DNA of 24,667 nt from a virus. Lineage: Duplodnaviria; Caudoviricetes. Below, piece by piece: positions 18,503 through 24,667 of the stretch; within the stretch, counting starts at the first letter, position 1, and the number at the start of each line of letters is the position of its first letter. Made by a program: the position numbers and the translations under genes. The DNA is taken from positions 1 to 24,667 of the IMG/VR virus record IMGVR_UViG_3300033144_000866. One strand, 5' to 3'. The notes below the pieces were generated by a model, which worked only from the letters and a program-made list of their open reading frames with translations, had not been told where the DNA came from and did not search any database.

Positions 18503-18513
18503 GGGGGATAGTC

Positions 18514-18882
18514 ATGGCTCAAGGATATACAGGAGCATCAACATTTAATACTGCAAGGGTTAAGGCTTTAATTGATGGGGCTACCGTTGCAACCGATGTG
18601 AGTCTTGGGTCTGTCTTTACTTTGACCACGACTCAGATCTTCACGCTTTCCAATCCGACCAACTCCTTTGACGGAGCGAAGATCGTTTGGAGAATCAAGC
18701 AGGGTGGGGCCGGTAGTTTTACGATCACGCTCGGTGCAGATTTCCGGGTGGCTTCGGATATTAACGCAGGGGTGATCACGCTTTCGACTGCGGTCGGAAC
18801 GATTGATTATCTCGGTGCAATCTATAATGCGGATGATTCTAAATGGGACATCATCTCATTTACCAAAGGAATCACCACATAA
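18514..18882 (+). CDS. Small fibre-tip/adaptor protein
   Basis: 122 aa with LIDGATVATDVSLG, TLSNPTN, RIKQGGAGSFTI, TLSTAVGTIDYLGAIYN and KWD, a recurring small fibre C-terminal domain pattern. Confidence 0.7.
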   Translation: MAQGYTGASTFNTARVKALIDGATVATDVSLGSVFTLTTTQIFTLSNPTNSFDGAKIVWRIKQGGAGSFTITLGADFRVASDINAGVITLSTAVGTIDYLGAIYNADDSKWDIISFTKGITT

Positions 18883-18892
18883 GGAGGAAGTC

Positions 18893-21800
18893 ATGGCATC
18901 ACCGACACTTTATAGACCGGATTCAATCCCGACAGGGCTTGCTGTGTATTACAAGTTTGATGGCGATGCCACGGATAGTTCTTCGTCCGGGTTCGATCTT
19001 ACTCCTGTTGCTTCTCCAACCTATGCTGCCATTGACTTTTGGAACTCAGGAGAGGATTCTGTAGACCTAAATGGGACTACTCAGTATTTTACAGGTGGAG
19101 ACAACTTAGACCTAAATGGGAAAAGTTATTCTGTTGCTTTTTGGGTGAAGGCTGATGCTGCTGTTGATTATTACATCATAGGCAAAGGGGTTGCAGGGTC
19201 AACAGGATACTATCTGCGGAGGGAATCAACAGGTTATCTTAGCCTTTATATGGGGGCTATAACAAACACAGGGACAGGGGTTGTTATCCCGGATAAGTGG
19301 CATCATGTCGTTGTGACTTATAACAACAGTTCAACTTTGGTTAATATCTATGTTGATGGAAATTTAGTAACTTCTGCTACTAATGCAGGGGTTATTGCTG
19401 ATGTTGCTGGTGATTTTACTGTCGGTTCACGCCCAAATGTTCCTCCACAACTTCCCCTTAATGGTCGTTTGAAAGACCTCGCTATGTGGGTTACGGCTGA
19501 CACTTCTGCCGTTCTCACTCCGATCCAAGCCAAATCCCTTGCTATGGGTGTTGATATGGATTCCCTTGCCTATCGTCCGGGGAACACGACCGTTCCACCT
19601 GATGCGTGGTATCCATGTAACGAATTGAGCGGTCTAAGGGCTGATGCTATTGGATCTTTGGACTTAACGCCTACTGCAACCCCCGGAGTGCTTGGTGGAT
19701 TCGTTGAGGGCGTTGCTCCTGATTTCAATGGGTCAACTCAGTACCTTACATCCGCATCAAATGCAATCTTCTCAGCCGGTACAAGTGATTTCACTCTTTG
19801 TGCTTGGGCATTTTTTGAAACGCTTGGCTCTCAGCATGCCATTGTTTCAACAGGGCATACCACGAACAACATTTCTATGACTTGGTTCAATAGTGGGAAT
19901 CTCTATGTCTATATGCAAGGAAGTGCGAGGCAATTCTCTTGGACTCCGGTAATAGGAACTTGGTATCACATTCTTCTCAAGAGAACGAGTGGTGAATTGC
20001 AAGCCTTTGTTGATGGTGTTGAGATTGGTGCTGCTATCACTTCGACTGAAACCCTCTCAGGGGTTCAACAGTTTGGCGTTGCTTTTGATGGGGCTGTTGG
20101 AAAGCTGAATGGTAGGGCTTGTGATGCCGGATGGTGGAATGGTCATGCTGTGCCTCAAGATGAGATTTCAGCACTCGCCTCTGCCTTCCCGATCCAACAA
20201 CAGGGCATCTCATCTTATTGGAAGCATGATGAGCCGAAGGGTGGGAAAGATGTCACCGCGGTTGGGAATGCAAAGCAGGTTCCTTACAAGATCAATAAGT
20301 CGGCAGCGTTTTTCGATGGCACGACCGGAAATTATTTGTTAGTTCCGCAATCAACAGATTGGGATTTAGGATCAGGAGATTATTCCATCGAAGTATATTT
20401 CAACATGAGTGAAAACAAAGACTTTTGGTTGTGGGATAGAGGAACAGCACCGGCTAATAGGATCGGTTGCCTTTACCAAACCGGAAGATGGTATTTTTAT
20501 GAGAACGGAGGTCAGATTGTAAACGATTATATTTGGACTCCGACCTTAAACACTTGGTACAAAATGAAACTTGAAAGGTCTTCGGGAACTGCAACGATGT
20601 ATGTTGACGATACAGCTCGTGGCACTCCGGTTGTAACTTCGACTAACATTACAGGAACTACAGAACTTGTCATTGGTGCTGTAGCTACTAAGAACGGAAG
20701 TTATTTCCACGGATGGATGAAGAACTTTGTCATCACCAAAGCCTCCACCGAAGTCCTTAACATGGCGTTTGATACTCCGGCTACGGTTCCGCTTGCTCCG
20801 GCAATTTGGTTTCCTACAGGGGCAACAGATTTTCTTACGGTTGCGGATTCGGCTGATTGGGATTACGGCACAGGTGACTTCACGATTGAATCTTGGGTGT
20901 ATCAAGATGCGGATCACGCCGGGGCGAATGCCATTTACGATAATGGTTATGATGTGAATGGGATTCAATGCCACTTCTATTGGGATAATGCTTCAGCCGG
21001 TTATACAAATATTTATCTCAACAGCGGAGTAGCAGCCTTGGCTGTTACGGGGCTGTCCGTCAAGAGAAACGCTTGGCATCATCTTGCGTGGTGTCGATCG
21101 AGTGGAACCCTAAAGTGTTTCTTGGACGGACGAGAAATTGGGTCTGTTGCAAACAGTACGAACATAAGTGGTTCAACCCAATTACTTACGATTGGGAAGT
21201 ATTACAATTCTACCACCGCAGCCACGATGGGGTATTTGAAGGAGTATCGTGTCAGCGATAATGCAAGATACACGACCGACTTCACGCCTACTCAGGATGG
21301 ATTCACGGCTGATGTGAACACGATGCTTTACCTGAAGGCGTTAGAAGATAATGGCGATGCAACTTTTGTTGATAGCAGCACCGTGCCGAAGGCGATCACT
21401 ACGAATGGGGATTGTGTCATTCGGTATTTTGAGGATTACCGGGCAGGGATTTTTGTGGATGATTCAGCATCAGCCCATTTGCCGTATCCTCAAGGTGCAA
21501 CGAAGGTTGATTTCTTCGTTCCGTTTGGTGATTCGGTTGCTCGATTCGATGGGGTGGTCGATAAACTTACGATCCCAACACACGATGATTGGAATGTGCG
21601 TACCGGGGATTTCACTTGTGAAGGGTATATCCGGAGGATGGCTCCGCAAGTTTTCACGATTTTATTCTCTCGTGGAACGAATGAGATTATGTTCCGCACC
21701 GGGAATGGTGCTGATGAAAACATGATCGTGTATCTCAATTCAGGTCTTGTTGGGCAGACAGGGTATGTGTCCACGCCCCGGCTTGAGTTGAATATTTGGT

Positions 21801-23884
21801 ATCATGTTGCCTTTTCCCGGCAGTCAGGGATCGGGAGAATCTACATCAATGGAAACTTAGGTCTGCAAGCAGCAAGCACTCAGGACTTAAACTCTTCGTC
21901 CGTGATGCAGATAGGTGCTTTGCAGTCCTCTGACATCTCAAACGCCATGATGGATTTGATGCGGTTCTCAAGTGGGCTTGCACGGTACACGGAAGAGTGC
22001 TTTAATCCTCCGTCTGAGATTCCTATCTCGGATGGCTACACAGCGTTGCAGATGGATATGGATAATGCAACCAACTTTGAATCTGCTCCGGCTCTTGATG
22101 GAACAGGGGATGCTATCTTTATCTCCAACGCCAACAAGGGGGGTGGGTTTGAATTTGGCACAGGGGCTTTCACCGTTGAGGGATGGTTTAATTTCTCTTC
22201 CCTTCCAAGCGTTGTTGACCTTTTGAATCTTGGTCAAGGTGGGGCAAGAGGTGTCCGGCTTCAGTACAACACCGGCTCTCTCTATCTCACCGTGCAAGCA
22301 ACCTCCGGGCCTAACTTTGTCTTCGCTCCCGGCTTTGGGTCATGGTATCACCTTGCTGCCGTAAGGGAATCGACTGCTTCAAACAAAACTCACATTTTTA
22401 TAAATGGAGTGAGAGTGGCTTCCGGAACGAATGCCGGGAATGTAGCGACAGCGTCAGATGTAATGAATTTTTGTTCAGACCAAACTTTCGCTAAAGCACT
22501 TCCGGGGTTCGCAAAGAATATCAGAGTGAGTAATGTTGCTCGATACACGGACGCATCGAACTTTGTTCCTGCCACAGATTTCACTTCCGATGGGAACACC
22601 GTAGTCCTCATTAAGGGCAATGAGCCTATGGGATCGGGGCAGACGATTGTTCCGGACATGACATCCGCTGTGCTTCCTGCTCCGTATGTAGCATCTGCTG
22701 ATTCTGAGTTTTCAGGAACATACGCAGCTTGGAAAGCGTTTGATTCAAGCGGTGCATCAAATTGGGCATCGACAATTACAGCGTTTCCTCATTGGCTTAA
22801 ACTTGACCTCGGAACTGCTGTAGCAATAGACGAGTATCGAGTTACCGGGAATGTAGGAAATGGGCCGAAGGATTGGACATTCGAGGGGTCGAATACCGGA
22901 GCATTTGGAGGGGAAGAAATAACACTTGATACTGTGGTAGGGCAACCTGCATCCGGTTTAGAAGTTCCTTACCAATTCACAAACTCAACAGCCTATCGTT
23001 ATTACAGGTTGAATATCTCAGCCGGCCAAGCAGTCAACGAAGTTGATGTGTTCAACTTGGTTCTTTGTCGCAAGATCGCTGATTCTTCTTCGTCAGCTTT
23101 GACTCTAAACATCAATGGAGATTTAGCCATTAAGGGATGTCCGGGCAACTCCGCTGCGTTCCAAGATGATGGTGGGGCAGGATCAGGGCTTGCCGTGACT
23201 CTTGCTGATGAGATCGGAACAAATAATCTAACCACGATCAATGATCCTGTTCAGTCGGTTGGCAAGGTTGGGAACTCCACGAACTTTGAGCAGTTGAGTC
23301 AGCAATCCGCACAGGTGGGTTCGGTGAATGGGTTGCGACCGGGAACCGGGGATTTTGCTTATAGTGCTTGGGTGAAGAAGGAAACAACGATTGGGGCACA
23401 AGAGATGACGCTCTGCGGAACAGGCAGGGGAAATCTTGCCAATGGGGATTGGAGTTGCTATTGGTACTTGAATCAGATGCGTTTCCGGCATTCCAACCAA
23501 TCCACTTGGACTTTCGTCATGGCCGATGGTATTTGGTATCACATCATTGTCATGAGAGATGTTTCGACAACGGCAGGGATGAAGTTCTATCTGAATGGGG
23601 TTTTGATAACTCCGGTTGCAGCAAACACTAACTTGAACCTGTCAAGCGTCAATGACTTCTCCATTGCGACTCATTTGTATAATGGATCTACGGCTGAGTC
23701 ATGGTGGGATGGTCTGATGGATGAGACAACTTTTGCCCTGCGGTATTACAGACCGGAAGAGGCAAAAACGCTCTACATCAAGGGTCACAATGAACTCGAT
23801 GTCGATTCAGATCCAACGCCTACACCGCCCGTGCCACCTATCGATGATGGTGTCCGGGGAATGTTTTTAAATTTCAATCTTTAA
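18893..23884 (+). CDS. Giant receptor-binding/adhesin protein with seven LamG (ConA-like) domains and one F5/8 type C (discoidin) domain; start revised to ATG 18893
   Basis: AAGGAGG RBS at 18881-18887. Seven copies of (D/A)F(T/S)xxxW...W(Y/H)H...YxNG-type cores, and a discoidin signature AWKAFD...PHWLKLDLG...PKDWTFEGSN...YRYYRLNI. Confidence 0.88.
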   Translation: MASPTLYRPDSIPTGLAVYYKFDGDATDSSSSGFDLTPVASPTYAAIDFWNSGEDSVDLNGTTQYFTGGDNLDLNGKSYSVAFWVKADAAVDYYIIGKGVAGSTGYYLRRESTGYLSLYMGAITNTGTGVVIPDKWHHVVVTYNNSSTLVNIYVDGNLVTSATNAGVIADVAGDFTVGSRPNVPPQLPLNGRLKDLAMWVTADTSAVLTPIQAKSLAMGVDMDSLAYRPGNTTVPPDAWYPCNELSGLRADAIGSLDLTPTATPGVLGGFVEGVAPDFNGSTQYLTSASNAIFSAGTSDFTLCAWAFFETLGSQHAIVSTGHTTNNISMTWFNSGNLYVYMQGSARQFSWTPVIGTWYHILLKRTSGELQAFVDGVEIGAAITSTETLSGVQQFGVAFDGAVGKLNGRACDAGWWNGHAVPQDEISALASAFPIQQQGISSYWKHDEPKGGKDVTAVGNAKQVPYKINKSAAFFDGTTGNYLLVPQSTDWDLGSGDYSIEVYFNMSENKDFWLWDRGTAPANRIGCLYQTGRWYFYENGGQIVNDYIWTPTLNTWYKMKLERSSGTATMYVDDTARGTPVVTSTNITGTTELVIGAVATKNGSYFHGWMKNFVITKASTEVLNMAFDTPATVPLAPAIWFPTGATDFLTVADSADWDYGTGDFTIESWVYQDADHAGANAIYDNGYDVNGIQCHFYWDNASAGYTNIYLNSGVAALAVTGLSVKRNAWHHLAWCRSSGTLKCFLDGREIGSVANSTNISGSTQLLTIGKYYNSTTAATMGYLKEYRVSDNARYTTDFTPTQDGFTADVNTMLYLKALEDNGDATFVDSSTVPKAITTNGDCVIRYFEDYRAGIFVDDSASAHLPYPQGATKVDFFVPFGDSVARFDGVVDKLTIPTHDDWNVRTGDFTCEGYIRRMAPQVFTILFSRGTNEIMFRTGNGADENMIVYLNSGLVGQTGYVSTPRLELNIWYHVAFSRQSGIGRIYINGNLGLQAASTQDLNSSSVMQIGALQSSDISNAMMDLMRFSSGLARYTEECFNPPSEIPISDGYTALQMDMDNATNFESAPALDGTGDAIFISNANKGGGFEFGTGAFTVEGWFNFSSLPSVVDLLNLGQGGARGVRLQYNTGSLYLTVQATSGPNFVFAPGFGSWYHLAAVRESTASNKTHIFINGVRVASGTNAGNVATASDVMNFCSDQTFAKALPGFAKNIRVSNVARYTDASNFVPATDFTSDGNTVVLIKGNEPMGSGQTIVPDMTSAVLPAPYVASADSEFSGTYAAWKAFDSSGASNWASTITAFPHWLKLDLGTAVAIDEYRVTGNVGNGPKDWTFEGSNTGAFGGEEITLDTVVGQPASGLEVPYQFTNSTAYRYYRLNISAGQAVNEVDVFNLVLCRKIADSSSSALTLNINGDLAIKGCPGNSAAFQDDGGAGSGLAVTLADEIGTNNLTTINDPVQSVGKVGNSTNFEQLSQQSAQVGSVNGLRPGTGDFAYSAWVKKETTIGAQEMTLCGTGRGNLANGDWSCYWYLNQMRFRHSNQSTWTFVMADGIWYHIIVMRDVSTTAGMKFYLNGVLITPVAANTNLNLSSVNDFSIATHLYNGSTAESWWDGLMDETTFALRYYRPEEAKTLYIKGHNELDVDSDPTPTPPVPPIDDGVRGMFLNFNL

Positions 23885-23901
23885 AACAAGGAGGCAATAC
23901 A

Positions 23902-24339
23902 ATGGAAGATGTTCTCAGAAAGTGCAATGAAATGTATGACGAGTTGGTGAAGGAAAAGCAAGAGGTCGCTGCTGTCCGGCTTCAGCAAGGGGAAGCTGCC
24001 AAGGGTCTTGAAACGGTTGGCAACTCTTTGAAGCAGATGGATGCGGATCTCAAGGAGAAGGCCGAGAGATTCAAGGTCTATGAGGACATCGAGCATTGTG
24101 AGAAAGCAAACAAGGCTGAGATGGTGAAGATCGAGCAAGCGTCTGCGGTGCTTCAGAAGGCACAGTCTCAACTCGCGGAAGCACAGAAAGAATGGGCGAA
24201 GCAGCTTGCTTCTCAGAAACTTGAAGTCGGTCAGGCGAAGGAAGCCTACGAGAATGAACTCAAAGCCGTGAAGAAAACTCAGGCTGAACTCAAGGTGAAA
24301 CAGGACAAGGTTGACAAGTTCTTAGCACAGGTGAAGTAA
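23902..24339 (+). CDS. Coiled-coil protein of unknown function
   Basis: 145 aa, K/E/Q/A-rich heptad character with no hydrophobic anchor. AAGGAGG RBS. Confidence 0.75.
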   Translation: MEDVLRKCNEMYDELVKEKQEVAAVRLQQGEAAKGLETVGNSLKQMDADLKEKAERFKVYEDIEHCEKANKAEMVKIEQASAVLQKAQSQLAEAQKEWAKQLASQKLEVGQAKEAYENELKAVKKTQAELKVKQDKVDKFLAQVK

Positions 24340-24667
24340 ATGGTAGAAAAGGTTGGGGTAACTCAGACAACCCTTGCAAACCCACGATCAGAGGACGGTC
24401 ACGGTTCAGAGTTTACGAACCCGACTTATGTCACTTTAGTTGAGGGTACGCCGGGGAATCCACCGGTTCAGGTTGCTCTTTCACCAACGAGGGTGACTGA
24501 GATTTACACGGGAGTGACTCCGGGTGCAACACAGGATGTCTCTGACTATCCGCATAAATACTTTACGCTCCAAGTTGTCAGCGTTGGTGGCGTTGCAACG
24601 ACATGGACTGTAAAGATTCAGGGGAGTCTCGATGGTGTGAACTTCTCTGATATTGCAGAACACACGC
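24340..24667 (+). CDS. Beta-rich virion-type protein, truncated by the window end (absent from ORF track)
   Basis: ATG directly follows the previous TAA and the frame is open to the end: MVEKVGVTQTTLANP...YFTLQVVSVGGVATTWTVKIQGSLDGVNFSDIAEHT. QGSLDGxNF is typical of small jelly-roll phage proteins. Confidence 0.7.
   Translation, partial: MVEKVGVTQTTLANPRSEDGHGSEFTNPTYVTLVEGTPGNPPVQVALSPTRVTEIYTGVTPGATQDVSDYPHKYFTLQVVSVGGVATTWTVKIQGSLDGVNFSDIAEHT

Larger units (their letters stand above)
1..24667 (+). mobile_element. Podovirus-type phage/prophage head-tail morphogenesis module (partial genome)
   Basis: Tightly packed co-directional genes with overlapping stop/start codons and GGAG/AGGAGG RBSs, in the order portal-scaffold-capsid-tail tube A/B-ejection proteins-fibres typical of T7/BPP-1-like phages. 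No tape-measure or sheath gene is recognisable. Confidence 0.95.

Noticed and set aside
5676-18892. ORF-track starts at 5676, 16756 and 18803
   Set aside because: They overlap upstream genes extensively and lack an RBS. The ATGs at 5730, 16825 and 18893 have clear Shine-Dalgarno sites.
23902-24339. Coiled-coil ORF as a spanin or holin
   Set aside because: It has no transmembrane segment or lipoprotein signal.
18893-24667. Diversity-generating retroelement, suspected because of the BPP-1-like gene order
   Set aside because: No reverse transcriptase and no ~100-nt repeat pair differing at adenines was seen in the window.

Overview
The whole window is the + strand virion-morphogenesis operon of a short-tailed (podovirus-type) phage or prophage, with a T7/BPP-1-like gene order. 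The order is: GNAT-fold protein, portal, a 49-aa zinc-knuckle ORF missing from the ORF track, small ORF, scaffold, major capsid, decoration protein, tail tubular A and B, three ejection (internal virion) proteins, a gp17-like fibre anchor, two small adaptor-like proteins, a 1663-aa multi-LamG adhesin, a coiled-coil protein and a truncated beta-rich ORF. Four things stand out. (1) The 2244-aa ejection protein carries an HExxH peptidase-like module, a Gp88/radical-SAM-like module and an ART-PolyVal-like module, and the last two are bounded by a repeated [D/A]SV[R/K]xV linker, suggesting an injected cassette polyprotein. (2) The LamG adhesin appears nested like a Russian doll, with circularly permuted LamG domains and a discoidin domain inserted inside one another. 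(3) The capsid leader has two hairpins sharing an identical GGCAAUC/GAUC bulge. (4) CCAG/CTGG, CTAG, GCGC and ACGT are strongly depleted while CCGG is in excess. All family calls come from motif recognition and synteny by eye; no searches were run.
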